NCBI GenBank assembly: GCA_964469955.1
Contig: CAYXZK010000005.1
Coordinates: 1-45,409 of the forward strand
Source: an uncultured Candidatus Saccharibacteria bacterium
GTDB taxonomy: Bacteria > Patescibacteriota > Minisyncoccia > Minisyncoccales > GWA2-38-27
Length of the DNA stretch: 45,409 nt
Direction of reading: 5' to 3'
The position numbers and the translations under genes were made by a program. Under the pieces are notes generated by a model, which did not search any database, was not told where the DNA came from, and saw nothing but the letters and a program-made list of their open reading frames with translations. Below, one piece after another: positions 1 through 9,617 of the stretch (position 1 is its first letter; every line of letters begins with the position of its first letter).

Positions 1-141
1 AGGGCTATAATAAATTCTATAGCCATCCACCTGCTCTGTGTTAGCAGTCCAACTTACTATAAAACAAAAGGCTCTTTGTGTTACCAAAATAACACAAAAA
101 ATTAAAAAAATTATCAGAAAATTCTTTCTTGTCCTTTTCAT
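1..141 (-). CDS. Secreted fibronectin type III-like domain protein, 5' part (runs off window start)
   Basis: Not in ORF track. Manual translation from ATG at 141 gives MKRTRKNFLIIFLIFCVILVTQRAFCFIVSWTANTEQVDGYRIYYSP: a signal peptide followed by an FN3-like 'SW...GYRIYY' pattern. Strong SD AAAGGAGGAGGT upstream. Confidence 0.75.
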   Translation of the reverse strand, partial: MKRTRKNFLIIFLIFCVILVTQRAFCFIVSWTANTEQVDGYRIYYSP

Positions 142-265
142 TTACATCACCTCCTCCTTTGTCTTTTTAGGTTATTTTTATATTTTTATATATTCTTTTC
201 TATCTATTATTTACTTTTTAATGTGCTTATATTTTCTAAAACATTTATTAAATAAAGTCAAGCTT

Positions 266-320
266 TATTGATTATTTATCATTGATTATTGATTACTGAT
301 TATTGATAATTGATTATTAA
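266..320. repeat. Degenerate heptamer tandem repeat
   Basis: TATTGAT TATTTAT CATTGAT TATTGAT TACTGAT TATTGAT AATTGAT TATTAA. Confidence 0.85.
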
Positions 321-322
321 AC

Positions 323-358
323 AAAAATTGCCCTATGTTTATTTTTTAGGCAATTTTT
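323..358 (-). terminator. Intrinsic terminator downstream of the HtrA gene
   Basis: Inverted repeat AAAAATTGCC...GGCAATTTTT with T tails. Confidence 0.6.
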
Positions 359-395
359 AAAAACCTATATGTATGTAATAATATAATTTTGAAAA

Positions 396-1772
396 TCACT
401 CATCTCGCTTGCCAAGAACTACCTCAATGTTTATTTCTTCTTCTCCTCTTAATATTTTTAAAACAATTTTATCTTCTGGACTGTATCCCATAATAATTTT
501 TGCCAAAGAGTTTTTTAAATTAATTTTTTGATTATCAAATTCTAGAACTATATCCCCTTCTTTCAAACCAGCTTTTTCAGCCGCGGAACCAGAAGTAATA
601 GCTGGTTCTCCTTCTCCGCCAACTATCAAAGCTCCGTAGTCAACGCTTAAATCTCGTTCTTTTTTAATTTCAGGATTAACGAGCTGATAACGAATCCCTA
701 AAAAGGGATAAACGATTTCACCTAAAGTCTTAATCTGCTCAATGTCTCTTTTGGCTTTATTAATTGGAATCGCAAAGCCAATATTCTCGCCTTCAACACT
801 CATAGCCGTATTAATTCCAATCACCTCGCCTTTCAAGTTTAAAAGAGGCCCGCCTGAATTTCCTTTATTAATAGCCGCGTCTGTCTGAATAACGTCTTCT
901 AAGGTTTCATAAAAACTCCCTCCTGAAGCGTTAATAGTTCTACCCAAGCCCGAAACAATTCCAACAGAAACAGTGTTTTGAAATTCTCCCAAAGCGTTTC
1001 CGATAGTAATAACAGTTTGACCGATTTGAAGATTGTCTGAATCGCCAAATTTAACAACTGAAAATTTTTCCGAAACAAACTCGCCTTGTTCTCCTATTCC
1101 TTGTTCCTGTTCAATTTTTAAAATTGCCAAATCTTGGAGCGGATCTTTAGCTAAAATTTTTGCCGGAAAACTCAAACCTTGGTTTGTGAGAACAGTGTAT
1201 TCAACATCTTCTTCTAAAACCACATGTTTATTTGTTAAAATCATTCCGTCTTCAGATATAATAAAACCAGTTCCTCCTCCAACTTGTTTTTTTTCAGTGC
1301 CTTTTTGGCGATACTGCGGAATCTTAAATTGAAAATCGTTAAATGGATCAAAAAAGTTTTCAAAAGGATCTGAATAGTATTCCTCATAAACCGGTAAGTC
1401 TTTAGAGACAATAATGCTTACCACAGCTGGGGAAAATTCTTCCACAACTTTAATTACTGCTTGTTCTTGCGGAATGTTTGAAATGTATTTTTCGGGAATT
1501 TCTTGATTTCCTTTATCATAAACAGAAAGAGGCAAATTAAAATCAAAACTATTTAACCAATCTTTAATTTCCAAATAAAAATAAGTCGCGCTAAAAGCGC
1601 CAGCCCAAAAACCGCAAATACTTGATATGAAAATTATCAAAATAAGTGTATGCCTAAAATTTTTCTTTTCTTGAACAGCGTTGTTTTTGCGCTGGCCTGT
1701 TAAAAATTTAGGCATTTTAAAATTAGGCAACTTTTTTGATAATTTAATTTTAGGCAATTGCAATAGTTTCAT
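396..1772 (-). CDS. htrA: HtrA/DegP-family trypsin-like serine protease with C-terminal PDZ and N-terminal membrane anchor
   Basis: Motifs TNKHVV, DLAILK, QTDAAINKGNSGGPL; PDZ segment 'GSAAEKAGLKEGDIV'. Confidence 0.93.
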   Translation of the reverse strand: MKLLQLPKIKLSKKLPNFKMPKFLTGQRKNNAVQEKKNFRHTLILIIFISSICGFWAGAFSATYFYLEIKDWLNSFDFNLPLSVYDKGNQEIPEKYISNIPQEQAVIKVVEEFSPAVVSIIVSKDLPVYEEYYSDPFENFFDPFNDFQFKIPQYRQKGTEKKQVGGGTGFIISEDGMILTNKHVVLEEDVEYTVLTNQGLSFPAKILAKDPLQDLAILKIEQEQGIGEQGEFVSEKFSVVKFGDSDNLQIGQTVITIGNALGEFQNTVSVGIVSGLGRTINASGGSFYETLEDVIQTDAAINKGNSGGPLLNLKGEVIGINTAMSVEGENIGFAIPINKAKRDIEQIKTLGEIVYPFLGIRYQLVNPEIKKERDLSVDYGALIVGGEGEPAITSGSAAEKAGLKEGDIVLEFDNQKINLKNSLAKIIMGYSPEDKIVLKILRGEEEINIEVVLGKRDE

Positions 1773-1843
1773 TATTATAAATTATACTTTTTATTTTAAA
1801 TCTGTAAACCTGATTATGGTTCTATTGCTTATTTAAAAAACAT

Positions 1844-2560
1844 CTATTCTTTTTTTTTGTTTTTTAAGTAATGCCCGAATTTATATTTAAAAATATCTGA
1901 TTTGATCGGACCAATAAAAATCATATGCCCCTCGCAAAGCAAATATTTGGAATAAGTTTTAGTCCAGCCATCCCGTCTGAACCTTCTATCGGAAACAAAT
2001 AACTTTGACGACTTCAGAATACCATATTTACCCAGTTTACCCGCTCTTCTAGTCAAATCATGGTCTTCTGCTAAAGTAATTTTTTCGTTAAATCCTTTTA
2101 GTTCTTGAAAGAGTTTTTTCTCTATTAAGATCCCCATTGCGGCGTGCGGTAAAATTTTCTCTAAAATTTTAATCGGAACATTGTAAAAAATGGTAAAAAC
2201 AGACTTGGCAATTTTGCTTTTGCTTGAAGGTAATAAACAAAATCCAGCAATTTTTAACTTTCTTTTTTCAAATTCTCGCAAAATCTTGCCTAAAATATTT
2301 TTGGGCAAAACAACGTCAGCGTCTAAAAAGAAAAGCAAATCTCCTTTAGCTATTTCAGCGCCTTGATTTTTTCCTTTGGCAGGCAGGCCACCGGGAACGA
2401 TTCTACAGTTATGCTTACGGGCAATTTCTAGGGTTCTATCTTTAGAACCAGCATCAGCCACGATAATTTCATAATCTTTAGAATCCTGGTTTTTAATTGA
2501 ATTCAAAAGTTTTATTAAATTCTTTTCTTCATTCAAAGTTGGGATTATGATTGAAAGCAT
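1844..2560 (-). CDS. Glycosyltransferase family 2 (GT-A fold)
   Basis: SIIIPTLNEE, VADAGSKD, FLDAD (DxD), AEDHDL. Confidence 0.92.
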   Translation of the reverse strand: MLSIIIPTLNEEKNLIKLLNSIKNQDSKDYEIIVADAGSKDRTLEIARKHNCRIVPGGLPAKGKNQGAEIAKGDLLFFLDADVVLPKNILGKILREFEKRKLKIAGFCLLPSSKSKIAKSVFTIFYNVPIKILEKILPHAAMGILIEKKLFQELKGFNEKITLAEDHDLTRRAGKLGKYGILKSSKLFVSDRRFRRDGWTKTYSKYLLCEGHMIFIGPIKSDIFKYKFGHYLKNKKKE

Positions 2561-2564
2561 ATTT

Positions 2565-3563
2565 TTAAAATAATTTTTTAGCTTGGTCCCAGATTTCTGG
2601 TTTGTTTTGTTCCTCCTTTAACCAATACCACCACTCTGCTCCCCAGAGATAAAATTCATCTAATCCAGTTTTTTGGGCAAATTGGATATTTTTTTGAAAT
2701 TGTTCTAAATTCATTGTTTTTTCTTGTTCTTCTAAAGGCAAAGCGTATGTTAAGACAGGACCCCATGGTTCAGCTTGAAGCTCAACGCAAATTACTTCTT
2801 TGTTAAAAAATTTCTCAATAATTTGAGCTTTTCTCCAATAAAAAACAGGCGGATAAAATAAATCAAAATAACTTTTAAACTCGGGCGACCATACTTTTCT
2901 ATATAAAGTTGATCCAATTATATCTCCAAATTTAGCAGGGTTAAACCATAACGATAATTCTCCGGTATCCGAAATTATTATTTCTCTTTTCTGAGAATCA
3001 AGAGATTTTACTAAATCAATTTCTTGCTTAAGAAATTTTTTATCTTTCCAAGGACATTTTCCGAAAGAAAAAAATGGCTCATTCTCAACTTGCCAGTATA
3101 AAATAGAGCTATTGTTTTCGTATTTTAAAACAATTTTTTCAATCAATTCAAGCACTTTTTTCTGTTGTTGGTCTTTATTTAGATTGACTGCCCAATCAGG
3201 AATATGGCATTCTGGCCAGCGGCCAGTCTTGATCCCTATGACTAAGATTAAATTAGATTTTCTCTTTTGGGCTTGTTCAATTTGCCAATCTAAATCACTA
3301 AAATTATATTCACCTGGAAGCGGTTCCATTAAATCCCAGTGAGTGATTATTTTTAAATCACGCGCTTTTAGATCGTCTAAGATGGCTAAATAATTTTCTC
3401 TCCAATCTAAGCCTAAAGCTTCGGAATATTTTTGAGAAAAATTAACCCCCCATTTAATTTCCGAAGCTTGTTTAGTTTTTCCAACAAAAAAATAACCAAA
3501 AAAGACTATCAATACAAGCAATAACGCCGCTAAAATTATTTTTATAATTTTTTTTAAATTCAT
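2565..3563 (-). CDS. Membrane-anchored clan GH-A glycoside hydrolase (GH5/GH42-like TIM barrel)
   Basis: N-terminal TM helix; 'HWDLMEPLPGEYNFSDLD', acid/base 'WQVENEP', candidate nucleophile 'ELQAEPW'. Confidence 0.75.
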   Translation of the reverse strand: MNLKKIIKIILAALLLVLIVFFGYFFVGKTKQASEIKWGVNFSQKYSEALGLDWRENYLAILDDLKARDLKIITHWDLMEPLPGEYNFSDLDWQIEQAQKRKSNLILVIGIKTGRWPECHIPDWAVNLNKDQQQKKVLELIEKIVLKYENNSSILYWQVENEPFFSFGKCPWKDKKFLKQEIDLVKSLDSQKREIIISDTGELSLWFNPAKFGDIIGSTLYRKVWSPEFKSYFDLFYPPVFYWRKAQIIEKFFNKEVICVELQAEPWGPVLTYALPLEEQEKTMNLEQFQKNIQFAQKTGLDEFYLWGAEWWYWLKEEQNKPEIWDQAKKLF

Positions 3564-4739
3564 TAAATTTTTTGCTTTAGATCAATAATTTTTAGAACCG
3601 ATTGATTTATTCTTTCTTCTGAAATTTCTTTATTTTCCACAGCTTTTCGGAAAACCTTGATTCCATTAACAACAGAAGTTCTCCAACCCGAGAAAATCAA
3701 TAAATCCATTCCAGCTTGAATAGGCAAAATGACAATTTCTTCTAATGAAAAATTTTTTAATAAAGAATATTGCGCGAGATCATCGGAAACTATTAAATAA
3801 TTTCCATCTATTGTTTCCCTTAAAAATTTAATACCTGTTTGAGAAAAACTGAAAGGAATTTTTTCTTCTATGTCCCTATACACAACATTTGAGACCATTA
3901 TCATTTCTGGGAAAGCTTGATATGCTTTTTGAAATTGAGAAATATCTGGGATTTTATCTAAATAAGCTAATTCATTTTCAGGATTAAAAGAAATTTCCCC
4001 ATATTCGGGAAAATGTTTTAACGCGCTAAAAATCCCTGACTGTTTTTGCCCATAAATTAAACCCTCTGCCAATTCTCCTGTTTTAAGATAGTCTTTTTGA
4101 AAAGATCTTTCGAAAATAAAATCATTTTTAAAAACTTTATCAACAAGTGGAGCGAAATTAAGATTAATGCCCAATTGTTTGAGTTCCTCTCCTCGCTTTG
4201 CGCCAATTTCCCTTGCCTGGACCACAGTCTTGATTTCAGATTGAGCTGTTTTGTTTATCCAATTAATTCGAGAAATTAATCCGCCTTCTTGGTCAACCGC
4301 TATAAACAAAGGCAAGCCAGTGTCTTGGAGAGCAATTTCTTGAAGAGAATTAATTAATTCTTTTAACTGAACCTCATCTTCAATATTTTTGTCCAACAAC
4401 AAAATACCACCCGGATGAATTTCTTTAATTAAATTTTCGGTTTCTTCAGATATTATTTTACCGTTAAATCCAATTATAAACAACTGTCCGATTTTTTTGT
4501 TCTAAGCTTAAACAATTTAGTTTTTCTTCTATTTGTTTTTTGAAAAATAGATTGTTGGAAAATTTTTCTTTTTCAAGACAGGCTTTATTAAAAATTTGTT
4601 CATTTTGAGCACCTTTGTCTTTTTGATAGATTAAAAAAGAATACACGCCAAACACTAACGCAAAAATTAAAATAAAAACTAATAAAATTATTTTTACGCT
4701 TTTAAACATTTTATTAATATTTTGCTTTTGTTCTTTCAA
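3563..4739 (-). pseudogene. GH3 N-terminal-domain glycosidase with N-terminal TM anchor, split by a 1-nt frameshift (ORFs 4464..4739 and 3563..4483)
   Basis: GH3 motifs IAVDQEGG, GINLNFAP, KHFP, VSDDL. Removing one T from the T7 run at 4492-4498 joins both ORFs as LSLEQKIGQLFIIGF, a canonical GH3 start. Confidence 0.85.
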
Positions 4740-4759
4740 AATTACTTATTCTATTTACT

Positions 4760-5659
4760 CTAACGTAAAATAAACAACCCTGCGCTGATAATTAAAACAG
4801 CTACAATTTTTTGAAAAAGAACTTTTTTGGAAAAATCTTCCTTAAGTCTTTTGGGAAATTTTAAAGAAGCCAAAATCGTAAGAATAAACAAGAAAGCATA
4901 CTGAACTCCCTGCAAGGCGCTTATCAAAGAAAGATAAACAAAACCGGCTAAAGCAATTGCCCAATTTTGTAAAATAGACGCAATAGCTCCAATCGCTTGA
5001 TTGAAAATAAAGAGAAGGCTTGTTTTTTTGTTAAAAGTAAATTTTCCTCCGAAAATCTCCTCTCTAACTTCTTTAAAAAAAATAAAAAATAGAGCTGTCG
5101 CGAAAGCTCCAATTCTTATCCAAATAAAGCCGGTCCAAAACGGAAGCAGAATATAAACATACTTAGTTAGAACAAAAGAAAAAGCAAAGAGGAAAGAGGT
5201 TAGAACCGATATTTTAAGACTTTTTAACGAAATATTAGCAGTTGGATTATAAGTAATTAGAATTCCTCCAAAAATAAGCAAGATAAGCGCAAATATTTCC
5301 TTGCTGCCTAAAACATCTTTTCCTCCAGAAAAAAGAAAAATTAATGCAAAAATAAATAATGGAGAAATCGCTCCAATGGCAGGAATTACGCGTGACGCCT
5401 CAAATCTTTCCAATCCTTCAAAAAGTCCTAAAATAGCAAAAACAAAAATAGCGCCTGATAATAAGCATAGCAGGGTCTGATAAAAATTAGGAACCGAAAA
5501 ACCAACAAAAGGAATTAGAATTATCGTTAAACCTGATAAAATTCCAACGTAAAAAGAATAGCTTTTAGGTTCGGGAGGTCCTGCTAAAATAAATTTATTA
5601 ACTAAATTTGTGGCTGCGAATAGAAGATAGGCCAAAATTATAATTATAAACCAAAGCAT
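4760..5659 (-). CDS. EamA/DMT-family membrane transporter
   Basis: About 10 TM helices in two repeats; 'EASRVIP' EamA-like segment; overlaps upstream GT gene. Confidence 0.8.
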   Translation of the reverse strand: MLWFIIIILAYLLFAATNLVNKFILAGPPEPKSYSFYVGILSGLTIILIPFVGFSVPNFYQTLLCLLSGAIFVFAILGLFEGLERFEASRVIPAIGAISPLFIFALIFLFSGGKDVLGSKEIFALILLIFGGILITYNPTANISLKSLKISVLTSFLFAFSFVLTKYVYILLPFWTGFIWIRIGAFATALFFIFFKEVREEIFGGKFTFNKKTSLLFIFNQAIGAIASILQNWAIALAGFVYLSLISALQGVQYAFLFILTILASLKFPKRLKEDFSKKVLFQKIVAVLIISAGLFILR

Positions 5660-6978
5660 ATCTTTGCAATATTATAAGTTCCCGAACTTCCTGCTTCTAA
5701 AAATCCTTGCATTGCGGCTTCTGCGAATCTTCCGCTTTCCAAAAAATCAAGAAGCCATTGGTGCGCATAATTAGAATTTTCTTCTAAGATTCCTGAACCC
5801 AAGCTAAGCAGCCATTTCCTGTTAAAATCTTCTTGCGAGCCAATCGAAGGAGCGATAATAAGCGGCAAGCCTAACCCAGAGTAAAAAGAAAGTTCGCTTG
5901 GTTTTGTCCACAAAATATCTGTTTTTCTCAATTTTTGATTAAATTCTTTAAAATAAGAGCCTGTGTTTTGAGAAAAAATTATTTCTATTCCATCCCCCAG
6001 TCTTTTTTTAAGCCCAATTTTCTTAATGCTTTTAACAAAATAATCTTTAACAACTTGTTTGTTCCCTGCGGATAAAATAATCTTAATTTCTTTAGATTCA
6101 ATTTTTTTAAACAAACTTTTAACAAATTTAATTACAAGTTCTTTCTGCGCGCCAGCCCCGCCGATAGAAAACATTAAGGTTAAAGGATGATTTGGTTTAA
6201 TGGGCAAAGTTCCAAGATATTTATCAATCAATGGTTTATATGTTTTTTGGTATTCTCCGGTGATATCTAAATTCAAAATCCTATATTTCAAATCTTCTTT
6301 TAAGTTTTCTTTTTTTTCTGTTCCGATATTTTCTAAAGGCAAAGGATATCCTGTTAAAAAAATATTTTCCTTTTTTACTCCGTAAAACCTAAGTCTTTCA
6401 ACTACCCAAGAATTAGGCGCGAAATATTTAATTCTGCTTTGAGCAGGATCTAAAGTAACCCAATTTCTTGAAATATCCGCATCGCAGATAATACAAAAAA
6501 TTTCTCCGGGATAATTAAAAATCTCTGCCATAAAGGCAGGGATAAAAAAAGTCGTAACAAAAGGACGCGCGTTTTTTTCTCGCAATCTTGAAATTAAATC
6601 CCGACCCCATCCTTTTTTAATTAAATAAAATAATACCTTTAAAGAAAAATTGGGTTTAGATAAATCTCGATGAGGATAAAAATTAGGAATTTCTTGAAAC
6701 TTATCGTAAAGAGAAAAAAAGAAATTACCAACTAATGGAATTTTTTTTATATTTGAAATAGTTTCGTAAAATTTTCGGGACATCTCCCAGATACATCTAT
6801 CTTTAGCTGGAATTTCTTTATAATCATTGGCTATAATAACTTTTTTCTCAAAGGGGTTGTCTATTTTGCTCTCGATAGTTTTAGGCAAAGAAGAAAAATC
6901 TTTTAAAGGGTAAGCTGTTCTCTGATGCCCATAACCCATATTAACCGCGACCATCCATATTTTTTTTTGAATATCCAT
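5644..6978 (-). CDS. GT-B glycosyltransferase, MGDG synthase/UgtP (GT28)-like
   Basis: N-terminal MGYGHQR; C-terminal 'WTKPSELS...PLIIAPSIGSQEDFN'. Confidence 0.65.
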   Translation of the reverse strand: MDIQKKIWMVAVNMGYGHQRTAYPLKDFSSLPKTIESKIDNPFEKKVIIANDYKEIPAKDRCIWEMSRKFYETISNIKKIPLVGNFFFSLYDKFQEIPNFYPHRDLSKPNFSLKVLFYLIKKGWGRDLISRLREKNARPFVTTFFIPAFMAEIFNYPGEIFCIICDADISRNWVTLDPAQSRIKYFAPNSWVVERLRFYGVKKENIFLTGYPLPLENIGTEKKENLKEDLKYRILNLDITGEYQKTYKPLIDKYLGTLPIKPNHPLTLMFSIGGAGAQKELVIKFVKSLFKKIESKEIKIILSAGNKQVVKDYFVKSIKKIGLKKRLGDGIEIIFSQNTGSYFKEFNQKLRKTDILWTKPSELSFYSGLGLPLIIAPSIGSQEDFNRKWLLSLGSGILEENSNYAHQWLLDFLESGRFAEAAMQGFLEAGSSGTYNIAKICFGL

Positions 6979-7115
6979 AAATCAAATAATTAATTAATGT
7001 TCACAACAGATTATTAAATAAAATATTATTTATAATTATATCTTAAATCTATAAAAACTTCCATATCCTTGTTTGGTTTAAAAGCAACAAGTAATTAATG
7101 ATTAAAACTAAATAA

Positions 7116-8648
7116 TTAGTAATTTAAAAAACTAGCTTCTCTGTTTTTATTTAGTTTCCAAACAATAATCCCTAAAACTAAATATAAAACCAGAAGCCAA
7201 AGCCAATGGACGTCTTTAATAACCTTGATAGCCCATTCTTGTGAAAGAAAATTTAAAATTTTTATAAGATAAGTAAGTAAAAACCAGCAAGGCAAAGATA
7301 AAATCCAAGCCAATGTTTGTGAAAAGATTCCCGTAAAAGCGAATAAAAATCCAGACCCAAGAATATACGGCAAAAGAGGAACTATCAAGATGTTGCTAAT
7401 CGGCGCAATTAAAGAAATATAACCAAAATTATAAATTAAAATAGGCAGAGTAAAAATCTGGGCCGCTAAAGTCATTGCTAAAACATTTCTAAATTGAAAA
7501 ATATTAGGAATTCTCCTAAACCATTTTTGAAAAACAGGCGCGAAATAAATTATGCCGATTATTGCTAAAAATGACAATTGGAAACCAATATCGTTTACTA
7601 AAAGCAAAGGGTTTAACGCGAGCATTATTGTTGCCGCGGTTATTATAGCGCGAGAGCTAAAAGATTTTCGACCAAAATTTTGTCCAATGAGAAACAATAT
7701 ACCCATTATTCCAGCGCGAACCGCGGAAGCCTGAAACCCAATCATTCCAATAAACAAAATAATTAAAATTGAGGTAAGATAAAAAGCAAATTGCCTCCAT
7801 AACCCTAGCCCAATCAGAAGACTCATTAAAATTGTGGTTAAAATAGCAATATGCATTCCAGACACGCAAGTAATATGCCTTAATCCAACAATATTTAGCT
7901 TGTTTTTCAATTCATCCGAGAGCCTGCTTTTATCTCCAAAAAGCATAGCTCCTAAAATTGAACTTTGCGGAGGAGAAAGATTGCTGTAAACGATTTCTCT
8001 TAATCTTGCCTTAAAATCTAAAATTTTTCTACGGATTAATAGTGTTATTCTCTGAGAATTCGCTTCTTCCAATAATTCAATCTGGGGCTGGCGAACAATA
8101 GAATAAATCCCTTTCTTGCTTAAGAAATTTTTATAGTTAAAATCTTCAAAAACAGGAGGGTTTTCTAAACTTCCTTTAACTTTTAATTTATCTCCATAAC
8201 GATATTCAGGGTAACGGTTAGTAAAAAGTAAAACATTTCCAATTTTATCTTTGTTTTCAGAATAACTAAAGTCAACCCCATCAATGCTATTAACCCTAAA
8301 AACTATTTGAACGCTATTTTCTCTAACATCAGGTTCTGCAACTATTGTTCCTGTTAAAACAAAGCTGTTTTTTGAATTATTGTATTGCCTTAACGCATTC
8401 TCAATAATTCTTGATTCAGCCGAACTATGTAACCATATCCCGGAAGATAAAAAAATTAAACAAAATCCGATTAAAACTATTTTTTTCTGCTTCCCAAAAA
8501 CAGAAATTAAAATTATTGCCGAGATAAATCCAAAAACCACAAACAAAAAACCCAGTCTTAATAACTGGGCGTTTATGATTATTGAATTTAAAAAAATCCC
8601 AAAAATAAATGAAAAGCAAAAATAAAAAAAAATTTTGGATTTTGACAT
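7116..8648 (-). CDS. comEC: ComEC/Rec2 competence DNA-uptake channel (no beta-lactamase-like domain)
   Basis: HITCVSGMH, SAVRAGIM, LNPLLLVNDIGFQLSFLA. Confidence 0.93.
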   Translation of the reverse strand: MSKSKIFFYFCFSFIFGIFLNSIIINAQLLRLGFLFVVFGFISAIILISVFGKQKKIVLIGFCLIFLSSGIWLHSSAESRIIENALRQYNNSKNSFVLTGTIVAEPDVRENSVQIVFRVNSIDGVDFSYSENKDKIGNVLLFTNRYPEYRYGDKLKVKGSLENPPVFEDFNYKNFLSKKGIYSIVRQPQIELLEEANSQRITLLIRRKILDFKARLREIVYSNLSPPQSSILGAMLFGDKSRLSDELKNKLNIVGLRHITCVSGMHIAILTTILMSLLIGLGLWRQFAFYLTSILIILFIGMIGFQASAVRAGIMGILFLIGQNFGRKSFSSRAIITAATIMLALNPLLLVNDIGFQLSFLAIIGIIYFAPVFQKWFRRIPNIFQFRNVLAMTLAAQIFTLPILIYNFGYISLIAPISNILIVPLLPYILGSGFLFAFTGIFSQTLAWILSLPCWFLLTYLIKILNFLSQEWAIKVIKDVHWLWLLVLYLVLGIIVWKLNKNREASFLNY

Positions 8649-8651
8649 TTC

Positions 8652-9575
8652 TTAAAACCCAGTAGCGATAACAGTTACTTTAATCTCTCCTTTTTTTAAT
8701 TTTTCGTTTTGAATCGCTCCAAAAATTATTTTTGCGGCTAAAGAAACTTCTTCTGTAATAATTTTTGCGACTTCATCCACTTCAGAGAGACTGACGTCTT
8801 CATTTCCAGAAACATTAAACAAAATACCTTTCGCGCCCTTGCAAGAGATATCAAGTAAAGGAGAATTAAGAGCCATTTTGGCGGCTATTTTAGCTCGTTC
8901 AGGACCACTGGCTTTTCCTATTCCAAACAAAGCAGAACCTGAATTTTTCATAATTGCCTTAACATCCGCAAAATCAATATTTATTATTCCCGGTAAAATA
9001 ATTAAATCGGAAATTCCTTGCACGGCTTGTCTTAATATTTCATCGCAAAGCCAAAAGGCTTCCAAAACAGTAATTTTTTCTTCTGCGATCGAGAGTAGTT
9101 TGTCGTTTGAAATAGCAATTAAGGTATCAACCTTTGCTTTTAGTTTCTTCTCGCTACTTCCAGCGATTTCGGCTCTCTGAATTCCTTCAAAGGAAAAAGG
9201 CTTTGTTACCACAGCAATCGTTAAAGCGCCTAAACTTTTGGCAATCTGCGCGACAACCGGAGACGCCCCTGAACCGCATCCGCCACCCAATCCACAAGCA
9301 ATAAAAATCATATCCGCTCCTTTTAAGGCTTCTTTGATTTCGTCTTTTTGTTCTTCTGCCGCCTCCCTGCCAACTTCAGGATCCATGCCTGTGCCCAAAC
9401 CTTTTGTCAGTTTTTTCCCAATTTGGATTATTTTATGAGCCTTGGTTGGCTGTAAGTCCTGAATATCAGCGTTTAAAGCAATTAATTCAACTCCTTTAAT
9501 ATTACATTTCATCATCCGAGAAATAGCGTTTGTTCCAGAACCGCCTATTCCAACAACTTTTATTTTTGTATCCAT
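8652..9575 (-). CDS. ftsZ: Cell division GTPase FtsZ (lacks C-terminal tail)
   Basis: KIKVVGIGGSG, GLGGGCGSG, INIDFADV, VTVIATGF. Confidence 0.96.
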   Translation of the reverse strand: MDTKIKVVGIGGSGTNAISRMMKCNIKGVELIALNADIQDLQPTKAHKIIQIGKKLTKGLGTGMDPEVGREAAEEQKDEIKEALKGADMIFIACGLGGGCGSGASPVVAQIAKSLGALTIAVVTKPFSFEGIQRAEIAGSSEKKLKAKVDTLIAISNDKLLSIAEEKITVLEAFWLCDEILRQAVQGISDLIILPGIINIDFADVKAIMKNSGSALFGIGKASGPERAKIAAKMALNSPLLDISCKGAKGILFNVSGNEDVSLSEVDEVAKIITEEVSLAAKIIFGAIQNEKLKKGEIKVTVIATGF

Positions 9576-9617
9576 AATATTTATTATATCTAATAATTGC
9601 CACGGAAATAAACCGAC

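Noticed and set aside
38-271. 77-aa + strand ORF
   Set aside because: Low-complexity shadow of the - strand FN3-like gene and its upstream region; no SD.
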